NCBI RefSeq assembly: GCF_001194135.2
Contig: NC_068986.1
Span: 21,013,500-21,077,499, forward strand
Length of the DNA stretch: 64,000 bases
From: Octopus bimaculoides
Lineage: Eukaryota
Reading direction: 5' to 3'
The notes under the pieces are model-generated. The model worked only from the letters and a program-made list of their open reading frames with translations. It did not search any database and was not told the DNA's origin. Made by a program: the position numbers and the translations under genes. Shown one piece after another: positions 13,142 to 24,412 of this stretch. Every line of letters begins with the position of its first letter. Within the stretch, counting starts at the first letter, position 1.

Positions 13142-13189
<48 letters not shown>

Positions 13190-15070
13190 GCGCATCCATA
13201 TAGACGGTTACATATGTATATGCACAGCTATCCATAGGTTTTACATACATATATCTGTGTTTGTGTGTGCGCGCGTGTATGTTTGTGTATATATGGATTG
13301 GTGTGGATGTTTATGCACTGAATTGCTCCTGATTTTATTTGATTTTTAATTGTTCTTTAAATAACAATAATGAAATTTCACTGTCTGACTGCAACAGAAA
13401 TAATCATACAGGTATCAGACACACTACTTAACCGCCAAACCGGTACTTTATTCATTTATTCATTGATTTATTTATTATTTGTATTATAGCACGATCTCTT
13501 CCAAAAATACATCTCGAAAAATCTCCCCATGTCGTAAATACAAAGCTCGTTCTCCCATCAAGTAATTTTGTTCCTGGCGCTCACTTTTCCCTGAATGTGC
13601 GTCATTGGAATTCGTGGGTGGGGTCTAATCTGCCCACGCCATCAAATATATTATTTGCTGATGACCTTTGCAATATATTCATTATCTTCATCACCATTGT
13701 ATCATTCTTTTTTAGGGTTCGCTTTTCCATGTAGCATTGCACTTTATATTGGAGCAAATCGATATAATTAATACATCCTCTTCATACATCATACATCCCC
13801 TTCACACAGAGAAAGATTCGTTTTGTCACAAACAGAAGTGTTCGCTCCTTAGATGTTTATGCCATCCCGTTCTTACCCTAGTTAAAAATACTTATGGAAC
13901 ATCTTTCTCCTTTGCTAATTAGGTCATTTAGTTAATAAGAGCTATTAGCTACTTCTATGGAGCCTACCTAACAATAGAAAGGCTTTGTATCACGAGTGAA
14001 CTTACTACGAACTAATCCTGTACGGAGTACCGATAATTCAGCGCATGTAATATATGTAATTTATTATTTCATTATATTGGTGTTGGTTGTATGTCTAAAA
14101 CGCATGCACATGCAACCTACAAACACAGCAGTTATAGAGTTTAAGGGATGTACTGGATAAATTGGTATTTGAACTCTAACAGTTCAAATACTAAGAAATA
14201 AGCATACTCAATTTGATTTTTACCAAATAATTTAGGAAAAGGGATTATTTCCCTTGGCTATATATAAGGATCCCTTCCAGGGGCGAATAGGTTATATCCC
14301 TTGGTTTTTAAAAGGAAATATATTAGATACATAAGGATCCCTTCCAGGGGCCCTATTATCTATTTTCTTTAACAATCTGAGTATGCCATGGGGTTTCCAG
14401 ACATGAGTTCTACTCACGTGTCAAGTTTTATCAAAATTGATAAAACGATGTAGGAGGAGTTAGCTAACAAGCCCACAAACACAACCACAGACAGAATTTC
14501 CCACGTATGTAGTAGATATTCCCAGAAGTGGGAATGAATTTACAGTAGAGTAACAAGCTTGATTGGAGGGCGTCATGCTTCAGAGAGTTTTGTGGAGTCA
14601 AATCCCTGCATGATGTATACAAGATAGGATATTTAGTTACATGTTAGTTGGAACCTCTTAGACCTGTCGTATTATATATGCCTGTGGAAGATGGCTATGC
14701 ATGTGTCTATCATAGAGGTATGGGAGTTTGGTAAAGGGAAATGATAATAATTTTATCAAGGACTTACTATTGAACGAAATGTGCAATCCGGGCAAAGTAT
14801 ATTTTCAAGACTTTCGCTTCCTCGGAGATTCACACCAATACTGCACCTTATCTTCACCGAAAATACATAGAAGTTGACAAATAATTTATGAACCGTCTCT
14901 CAAGTTTTGTTTTGTCTATAAGCAATGTGTGATCTTTCTAACAGTGGCGACCAGTGAAAGAAAACTACGATTGTAATACGGGAGTTGTCATTGTAGTTTT
15001 CTCTTTCGATGTATAGGGATGTACATGAAGTTCTAAATACTGGCTCTGTTGTAACGTAAATAGTACCATA

Positions 15071-15203
<133 letters not shown>

Positions 15204-15421
15204 ACATATATATTATATACACACACATACATACATACATACATATGCATATATATACATGCATACATACAAATATGTATATACGTAAAATATATACGTA
15301 TGTGTATATATGTATGTATATACACATACATATATATATATATAGTGTGTATAATGTATGTATATACCTTATGACGCGTACATATATTTAACTCTTTTAT
15401 CAGCATTTAATTCTCTCTCTT

Positions 15422-15500
<79 letters not shown>

Positions 15501-15990
15501 GCATATGTTTTGCCTCTAAACTTATCTATCTGAACGACTGACAGTAGCTAAGACACAATAGATGCCTTAGTCTTATTTCCCTAATTACGTAATTACCCGT
15601 CAATTTACATGCTTATTATCCCTCCGCCTCCATTTAACAAACCATCAATGGTCGCACGAACATGCACTTAACAGCTGCACATATTCCTCTTTCTCTCTCT
15701 CACTCATTCTCTGTTTTTGTCTACATTCATCTATCTATCTATCTTTACATACATATTTTCAAATGTGTGTATGTATGTATAAGAATATTTTTTATATATA
15801 CACGGGCGCCGGCAGCGTGATCATTCAGATGATACGTATTCACCATCCACACCTATACTCATATACACACTTGAATATACATGCAAACATGCATGTATAC
15901 GTATTTTTGTGTGCGTGTAGTGCATATGTGTGCGTGTGTGTCTGTGTATTTGTTAATGTGTACGTAATTGGGAGCAGACAGAATTTTTCT

Positions 15991-16270
15991 TATTTACATT
16001 ATTTACATTTGACGGATATTTGTCCTCATCTTTTTTGTTGTTAACACAACGTTTCGGCTGATAAACTCTCCAGCCTTCATCAGGTGTCCTGGGGGAATTT
16101 CCAACCTGGGTTCTCATTCCTAAGGTATTTTCCTGATGTTATTATTATTATTATTATTCAGGTCACTGCTTAGAATTGAGCCCGGGCTCTTAACCACTTC
16201 GCTATATGCCCGTCAAATGTAAATAATATAAATAATGTACATAATTCCCCATCACTCATATAGAACCGTA
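15991..16270 (-). mobile_element. SINE family H (tRNA head + (AAT)n + hammerhead tail), copy with inverted structure
   Basis: Minus-strand head (partly deleted), (AAT)n linker, HHR and tail at 15991-16208, followed by a plus-strand copy of the tail end at 16210-16270. Confidence 0.8.
16043..16088 (-). ncRNA. Minimal type I hammerhead ribozyme, intact core, in SINE family H
   Basis: Minus strand: GACAC-CTGATGA-A-GGCTG(gagagtttat)CAGCC-GAAAC-GTT/GTGTT. Stem I 5 bp, stem II 5 bp, palindromic stem III AACGTT. Predicted cut after GUU, between 16048 and 16047. Confidence 0.8.
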
Positions 16271-16407
16271 GAATCTTTCTTGTTATGCTAACAGGAAATA
16301 AACCCCAATGTATTACTGGCAAATATCTTATTGACAACAAAGCGATCGGGCGAGACAGGTCAGCATTATATATTGTAATGCTATATATATATATATATAT
16401 AGTTTTT

Positions 16408-16740
16408 TTATTCTTTTATTTGTTTGTCATCTGACTGCGGCCAGGCTGGTGCACCACTTTTAGTGGAACAAATCAACCCCAGGAATTATTCTTTGAAAGC
16501 CTAGTACTTATTCTGTCGGTCACTTGTGCCGAACCGCTAAGTTACGAGGACGTTAACATCGGTTGTCAAGTGATGGCGGGTGGGGCTTCTCAATTTCCGT
16601 CTACCAAATCCACTCACAAGGCTTTGGTCGGCCCGAGGCTGAAGTAGAAAACACTTGACCAAGGTGCCACGGAGTGGGACTGAACCCGGAACCATGTGGT
16701 TGGTAAGCAAGCTACTTACCACATAACCACTCTTGCGCCT
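16408..16740 (-). mobile_element. SINE family C (tRNA head + CORE-like domain), near full length
   Basis: Minus-strand head TGGTTATGTGGTAAG...GGTTCAGTCCC, CORE-like GCACCTTGGTCAAGTGTTTT, and the family tail. CORE-type octopus SINEs (OR family) are known; exact family name not verified. Confidence 0.85.
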
Positions 16741-17839
16741 ATATATACATATACAAACATGCATAATCACACATACCGTCTTACGGTATGCACTAATCAA
16801 GTGGTTATAGACACACAACTATTGACACACACAAGAACATATACACACACGTACACGCACGTACAGGTACTCACACGTGTGCACATATTTACAGGCACAT
16901 ACATACGGCAACACTGCTAAAAGCTATAAACCGCTAATGCTGGTATTATTATTCCTAGCACATGTTTTAAGTTGGGACAATCCATATATTCAAAATATCA
17001 AACTAAACAATACACTACACACGCATGCGCACTCGTATGGAAATGTACGCACAATCTCAAACATATATTTCCAGTGAGATTATGTCACACACGCTGTCTC
17101 CCATACACACATACGCACACACATAAATATACACAAACTCACACATAGAGCGATAACGATTGCTTTTGTAATGTTACCTATGAGTTTTATCACGCTCTCT
17201 CATATATATTAAACTCACGTATTCTGCCTATGATATTTTCGTTATAAATATGCATCCTTACCCCATGCATGCAGATATTTTTCAACGAAGGAAGTAAGTT
17301 GGTATCAACCCACTTCCTTTTTGTGAACTATTAAAAAAAAATAGTAATTCTATGACCCTAAGCTGATACACCTAAATATACACAATTGTTTACAAAGTTC
17401 TATATGCATGAATAAATCCTGAACAATAACATAACCCCAAATTAAATCAATAAAGATTTCTCTACAACATCTCTTCAACATAACCCACCCTGAAACCTAT
17501 TTACCATTCAACAGACCCCCGTCAACCTTAAAAAGGTTTTCTGTCAACAGACACTGTATAAAGCCAAGATTAATTCAATGCACAATCCGATGATGGCTTA
17601 GCTGGCCGAACATTGAAAATCACTGTCAATACTGTTCTTAGAAATAGAGATACATACATATATTTTATACAAATTCTAATAATAGCAAGGAAGTCGAAAA
17701 TTCGAAATCACTTTCAAGCTTTTCTTTGTATGGCTAAATATGGTTCTTTACTGAAAAAGTATTAAGCAACCCTTCACTTTAATGTTTAACTGCGTTTTAT
17801 ATACCTGTGCAGAGAAACATTAATATATAGAACAATTGA

Positions 17840-17881
<42 letters not shown>

Positions 17882-18349
17882 TGAACTGTTCTGACTTAAA
17901 TCTTGGTTAAATGCATGCATTAATCTCTGACATACAGAAATATTAATGATGGCGATACAAAGATGCAAACAGATGCGAACACTCACGTACATACATACAT
18001 ACACACATGCGTATATATTGGAATATCAGTTAGGGATCTACTTCAAGACGTTATTTTGGAATATCAAACATGGCGTTTAAAAAGGATCTAATAATATATT
18101 TGAAATCTCTAATCTCTGAGTGCAATATTTTGGTTCATCCATTAAAAGACATGTTTAGAATGCAAAAATACATATATTTTTGACTTTGGGGTATCAGTTT
18201 ACATACATATGCCCATAGATTTTTAATCTCTTATAGATAGGTAGGTAGGTAGGTAGGTAGGTAGGTAGATAGATAGATGGGGTGTATGTATGTATATAAA
18301 ATACACATAAAAATGTTTGAGTGTATATATATATATATATATATATACA

Positions 18350-18530
18350 CAAAACATCCACATATATATATATGTGTGTGTGTGTATGTGCAAAACTTCC
18401 ATATATGTGTGTGTGTGTATGTGCAAAACTTCCATATATGTGTGTGTGTGTATGTGCAAAACTTCTATATGTGTGTGTGTGGGTGCGTGTGCAAAACATC
18501 CATATATATATATGTGTGTGTGTGTGAGTA
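18350..18530. repeat. Compound array of about 33-bp units with a CAAAAC(A/T)TCC core
   Basis: Five cores separated by (TA)n(TG)n. Confidence 0.85.
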
Positions 18531-19187
18531 CAAACAAACCTTCGAAATATATCCGAGACCCGCCAACTATCCATTCCACGAGCACCACAGTATTAGAACC
18601 CTAAGTCTCTCCGTTATTGCTTTACCGTGTACTCTTTCGCATTTTCCCCACCCCTGTTCTTACAAGTTCTTTTCTTTATGGCTAATATTGATGTCCTTTT
18701 CTTGTTCCACAGCCTGTCGTATTTATCCTATTTAATTTCTATTTCTCTGTTACACTTAAATATCTGATGATTATTTGCTTTGTCCAAAGAATCACGCTAA
18801 TTTCTTTTCTGTCTTGGAATTCGTCCCATAAAATGAGATATTTGTTAGCGCATGAATCCTATTATTTTTTTCAATTTATTTGGCGACTCTCCAGCTGCCA
18901 CAAGATTCCATGAGAGATTAACGAAATATTTTAGTTTAAGACGCGAAAATCTGTTTTTAACTTTGTGCATTCCGGCGACCTTATTCTGTTTAGACTTTGA
19001 GCCATTAGTACATAGAGTGGTTCTGTCCAATGGAAACTAAACGATGCCATTTGACTCACCCTTTTTTAAAAAATTTTTGTCTCGTATTAGAGAAGTTCTA
19101 CAAGCGCGATGCAGTGTTTTCCTTATAGCAGTGTTTAAAATAGCTCATATATTGCTATAATCAGTCAAACTGCCTTACAACAATAAT

Positions 19188-19585
19188 GAACAGAAAGACA
19201 GAGCTAAACTGGACAAGCAGACACAGTATGAAATATATGTTATCGTTGTTTTAGGCGTCAAAGAAAACACCGGAGAGTAACACATATAGGCTTAACAGAA
19301 AATTCTTTATAGAACCGATGTTATCACAGGAGATTTTCAATTATCAGTAAAAGAAAATACATCGTTTCTTCAGTACATTTTGTAATAAATAAAGAGATTG
19401 ACTCTAATGCTATCGCAAGGTCTACTTTGGACAGTGTTACTACATTCAGTAAATGCTCAAAGTAATTCAATTTGTTTAACCGGAAAATTTCAAATTAAAA
19501 TCGCTTTATATTCCTATTGAACAGAAAGTCTGAGCTTAAAAGATCCAGCAGACACAGTATGAAATATCTGTTATGTCTTTTGTAG
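19188..19585. repeat. Direct repeat of 67 bp at a 331-bp offset (old tandem duplication)
   Basis: 19188-19254 and 19519-19585 share GAACAGAAAG and the 21-bp core AGCAGACACAGTATGAAATAT. Both end in T-rich sequence plus TAG. Confidence 0.8.
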
Positions 19586-19789
19586 GGCTTGGTAGAATGC
19601 AGAGAAAAGTCAATAGCATGTGATGCACCACCTTCTTGTATTTTGTGCCTACAAGTACAATGAACGTTCGCAGCAAAATGCTGTGCAAATTCCCATACGT
19701 GAACGTGAAATTAATGCAGGAAAGTAACTTCAGTTTCATGCGTCTTTTGGTTTCCTCCGGCTTTGCTCTCTTTTACAAACCCAGTGAAC

Positions 19790-20207
19790 ATTCATATATT
19801 TCCGATTTCAAAGAAATTTGAGCAAGAGACATAAGACACAAGTTAAAAATGATTCCCAACTCAACTTCTCTGGTTGACTTTAAGACACCCCTAATAGGGG
19901 CCTTAACTCCCACATTTTAGAGGTCCATGTCCTCCATTTTTCAGGAGCAAAAACCTTTGAATGGGTTTTATAAGATTTAGATTTTGAAATCTGTGCATAA
20001 AGATGAGTAGTATGGGATAAATATGTCATGATTAGAATGTTTGTTAGGGTGTGTAAAGAGAGAAAGAACCCTCATTAAAATTCTTAATCTCCAATTTTGA
20101 CGAAATTCGAATCATAGATATTCCAGTTCATTAGAGAAAATATAAAAGAAAAAAAATGTAATTCTTCAATTCCATGTGACACGGGCAACGCCGGGTATCT
20201 CTGCTAG
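19790..20207 (+). mobile_element. Helitron-like non-autonomous element, 3' portion
   Basis: Imperfect GC hairpin CGGGC-AAC-GCCGG about 10 nt upstream of CTAG (20204-20207) followed by T, the Helitron 3' signature. The 5' boundary is a guess. Confidence 0.45.
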
Positions 20208-20249
20208 TATATATATATATGTATATATATATATGTATATATATATATG

Positions 20250-20280
<31 letters not shown>

Positions 20281-20295
20281 GTATATATATATATG

Positions 20296-20327
<32 letters not shown>

Positions 20328-20636
20328 TTTAAATGAAATATTCAAACACTGAGATTTGAAGTTAGATGTCACTACTGTTCATATCATCTGTGGATAAATT
20401 CAAAATTTGATGATATCACCAGTAGTTGCATTGGTGGAACGCAGTTATGATAGCTTTAAGGAGCTATGAAATATCGTAATGATGCTTAATGAGCATCTAC
20501 CTGCTAGAGATAAGAGCCAAGTCTTAAATAATCCACCGTAGCGCACCAATATAACAGAGAAAAACAGTATGCGAGGAATACAGACCGAATAAAAACATTT
20601 AACAACACAAATAAAAATATTATGCAATTACGGATA

Positions 20637-20692
20637 TCCACAAACCAGGTTTCTGCTTTTGGTTATTCAACCTTGAGCTTCGTCAGTGTGGA
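20637..20692 (-). ncRNA. Minimal type I hammerhead ribozyme, Penelope-type, second family
   Basis: Minus strand: TCCACA-CTGACGA-a-GCT caa GGTT(gaat)AACC aaa AGC-a-GAAAC-CTG-GTT/TGTGGA. Perfect 6-bp stem I and quasi-palindromic stem III AACCTGGTT. Predicted cut between 20643 and 20642. Confidence 0.75.
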
Positions 20693-20714
20693 CCACCAGT
20701 TTACACACACATAA

Positions 20715-20889
20715 GAGCATATGCATGTATACATACATATATGTATATACATACATCTACATGTATATATAGATGCATATCCGGGTACAGGACGTCAGAA
20801 GAATGAAGACGTCCTGTACCCGGATATGCATCTATATATACATGTAGATGTAGGTATGTACATATATGTATGTATACATGCATATGCTC
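20715..20889. repeat. 175-bp near-perfect inverted repeat (82-bp arms, 11-nt loop)
   Basis: Arms 20715-20796 and 20808-20889 are complementary at 80 of 82 positions. Loop AGAAGAATGAA. Confidence 0.95.
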
Positions 20890-21116
20890 ATTTGTATTAT
20901 TATATTATCGAAAGCGATGCGTCCATTTGCAAGTATATATATATGTATATATATATGAGCGTGTGTTTATATATCTATATATTTATATGTATATAAATAA
21001 GTATGCATAACTGCTTGTTTACTCAAATTTTTTTTCGAAAATGGTAGAATAATATTGTATTATTTTTACATTTACATATACATATGTAATACATACATAC
21101 ATGATACCTTTCTCAC

Positions 21117-21155
<39 letters not shown>

Positions 21156-21907
21156 GTATATATATACACACACACACACACGATACCTTTATGTATGTAC
21201 ACCCATACATACATTCATGGATGGATGGATATTGTGTTACAGAAACAGTTTGTTTTCAAATACGGGAGAGTTCTGTTTCTTTTTGGACATTTCATTTTGT
21301 GCCTGTATCATGATTGTGGGCAGTAAGGACTTAATGGGGCAATTATTTGAAATCTATACCCGCAGGTTTCTGTCACCTGACATATTAGCTTTTATTTAGA
21401 ATATCATTTCCGTATCAGCTCCACTGACTCGCGTGTCTTTTCTCTATTAAATTTACGAGATCGTTGTCGAGTTTGGGAGAAACACCAGTGGATTGGGCTG
21501 GACATGAAGCAGTGTTATGCTTCTGGAAGATACTTAATAGAGTAATTGTAGGTTTTTTGGTTTTTTTAGCTTAGCATAGCGAGTCTGTAATTCAGATTAT
21601 ATTCCCGTGTCATTATACTTTCTCCTTCCTCTATTTGTCTTTTCCGGCCGAAGTCAGTAGCCTGTAGAGAAATAAGGTCAGTGAAGTCGACTTTACACTT
21701 GACATACTCATTAAACGAAGACTGTTCTTTTGAGTAATGACCTAACAAATCAACAAAATTTTAGTTAAACAAGCAAAATGAATGTTGTAGATGTTTTTTG
21801 TTTCATTTAATTTCGTTTCTGGACCTTCTAGGTTCAAATCGTGTCAGGTTAAAGGAAACCTTTCTCATACACTGTACTAGAAATGTTTTTATAGATTTTG
21901 GTATATT

Positions 21908-22354
21908 TTTTTATTCGTTTCAGTCATTTGACTGTGGCCATGCTGGAGCACCGTCTTTAGTCGAACCCAGGACTTATTCTTTGTAAGCCTAGTACTTATT
22001 CTATAGGTCTCTTTTGCTGAATCGCTAAGTTATGGGGACGTAATCACACCAACATCGGTTGCCAAGCGATGGGGGGACAAAACACACACACACACACACA
22101 CACATATATATGCATACAGGGTGGCCCAAAAGTAGGTTTACAGTTATTCAACTATCTCGCATTCATATATTAAAAGTTCAGATCTTAATTATGACAAAAT
22201 ATGAAACCATTGTTCTAAGCTAATTTAGTTAATTTTGTCAAGCTCCTTTATCAGTTTGTGAGATAGATTTAAATGTAATAAAATGTTTTAAATTTAAAGT
22301 GCCTCCGTGATAACTGTAAACCTACTTTTGGGCCACCCTGTATGTGTGTATGTA

Positions 22355-22395
<41 letters not shown>

Positions 22396-22555
22396 GGCGG
22401 GCTTCTTTCAGTTTCCATCTAACAAATCCACTCACTAGGCTTTGGTCGGCCAGAGACTATAGTATAAAACACTTGTCCAAAGTGCCACGCAGTGGGACTG
22501 AACCCAGAAACCATGTGGTTGGGAAGCAACCTTCTTAGCCCACAACCACGCCTTG
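21908..22555 (-). mobile_element. SINE family C, interrupted by the MITE at 22117-22340
   Basis: 3' half at 21908-22080 and 5' half at 22395-22555. Confidence 0.85.
22117..22340. mobile_element. Tc1/mariner-superfamily MITE, 224 bp, nested in a family C SINE
   Basis: About 30-bp perfect TIRs CAGGGTGGCCCAAAAGTAGGTTTACAGTT, with TA duplication at 22115-22116 and 22341-22342. Confidence 0.92.
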
Positions 22556-23949
22556 ACACTTGCTAAACCGTCTCTTATTTTAAAACTCTACTTTGGCTCG
22601 TGATTGGCTTCGTCGACGTCCAAGCATCCGAACGAGGTTTCCAGTCTGACTTTTTGATAAACTACTTCCTACTACAATAACCGATGTGCAATAGTTTAGT
22701 CCCCTCCCACCTTCCAGTTTATGATGTACTGCAAAAGGTCATAGATGCCTTCCTTCCTCTTTTGATTAAGCCACACATGTATACACACTCTCTTACTTCA
22801 GAGGAAGAATGAGCAAATAGATAAGCCATGAGATCAGTAAATTAATGATTTTGAGATCATTGCGAGACGCCAGCAGCTGATGGTATTAAATATGGTGGTG
22901 ACGTTAGTGGCTTTCCTTGTGATCGCTGAACATCGTTGAAGATGTTTCATTGCATTAAATATCTATTTCTATGTGATTCAATACATGCCTATATTTCATC
23001 CATTTAACATCGTAACAGCAAACTAGGATATTAAGTTATGGCCGCTTTTTTTTTTTTTTTTTTATGAAGCAAAATATAGTGACATTGTCAGTCTCCGAAC
23101 CGTAATAAGACTGTTTGAAAATAGGAAAAATTAGAATAATATAGAAATAGTGTATTTTCTATTGGAACAATAGCCTAACTGGGGAGGGCACGGTATAGCC
23201 CGCTCTATGCAAAGCTTTTATGGGAGCAGCACTTTTGGATGTGCCGTATCAGTTTGTATTGGCTTGGAGGACCCTGTGAGGGGCAAACTCAAGCGTTGCC
23301 CTGGGCAGCATAGATTCTAGCTACGCCACTGAATTGGAAGGGCATTCAAGCCAAAAGATCATCATAATCTACCAGTGTGTTGATGTATAAGCATCATGAA
23401 ATATATCCACCGTATTTAAAGGCTCACTTAATAGCACATCTTTAAACTCTGATGTAGTTGTGTTGTTACTCTTTGAAACAGCTGCAGAGGACAATTAAAT
23501 TATAAATTATATGTGAAATTTGTGTTTTTATGTTTTTTTATTCTAAAGATAGTTATAACCTATGAAGCTATTGCGAGATAGTCTCGTTGAGCTTTGTTTG
23601 AACAGATCTACAAAATGGTGGCAAGCCAATAAAAACTTTGTTGTAACTTGTAAGCATTGCATCCATGCTGTTTCAGCATTTGCTCTGGTCTATTGATACA
23701 TTATATAGTTCGTCATTCATAGGATTTTCTTTTTGTTTTTTGTTCGCGTAGGAGATCGTTAACTACCATCGAAAATGTTATTACGAGAATTCGTGAGCAC
23801 TAGTTGTGGTTTGACTAGGCTAGAGTGAAACAGAATGGAAATAGAAAAATGGAAACAGAAAAGCAGAAAATAACACAACGTATATTCGTGTGACGTGAAG
23901 AGAGGAGACATCAACGTAATCGCTCAGAGAATTTACTACAAACAAGTGA

Positions 23950-24160
23950 TTTAAATTTTGGCACAAGGCCAGCAATTGCTAAGACTGTAGTTGATTACAT
24001 CGACCCCGAATACTTGACTGGTACTTTATTTTATCGATCCCCGAAGGATGAAAGGCAAAGTAGACTTGGGCAGCATTTGAACTCGGAACGCAAAGAGACG
24101 GAAGAAATGCCGCTAAGCATTGTGTCCGGAGCGATAAGGATTCTGCCAGCTCACCACCTG
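23950..24160 (-). mobile_element. SINE family M, full length
   Basis: Reverse complement of head, central domain and tail. Confidence 0.85.
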
Positions 24161-24332
24161 GCAATGATGTTTACATATGGTAGAACTCGCTGATATTGGA
24201 TCTGTGTCCACGATTAGGACAGAGGGAGTAAACATACTGGCGAATATTTATCAATCAAGTATGTTCGATATAATATGTCGTTTTCTCAACGCAGAATCTA
24301 GTATGGTTGTTGTTCAAGAGTCAACAACTTAC

Positions 24333-24412
24333 TTCGTTGTGTAAACATTTCCACAAGTTCTGGTGACGTGCAGACACTCGGTGTGGGAGAAGTATAAAGA
24401 GTTTCGTCTTTT
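24333..24412 (-). other. Candidate 80-nt internal exon
   Basis: Acceptor GTGTTCCTCTTCTCAAG and consensus donor GTAAGT. All three frames are open and none is recognisable. Confidence 0.3.

Noticed and set aside
23170-23330. GC-rich segment ending in TAGCTACGCCACTG, resembling a DNA transposon end
   Set aside because: Only one end is visible and I found no partner TIR or TSD, so it is not listed as a feature.
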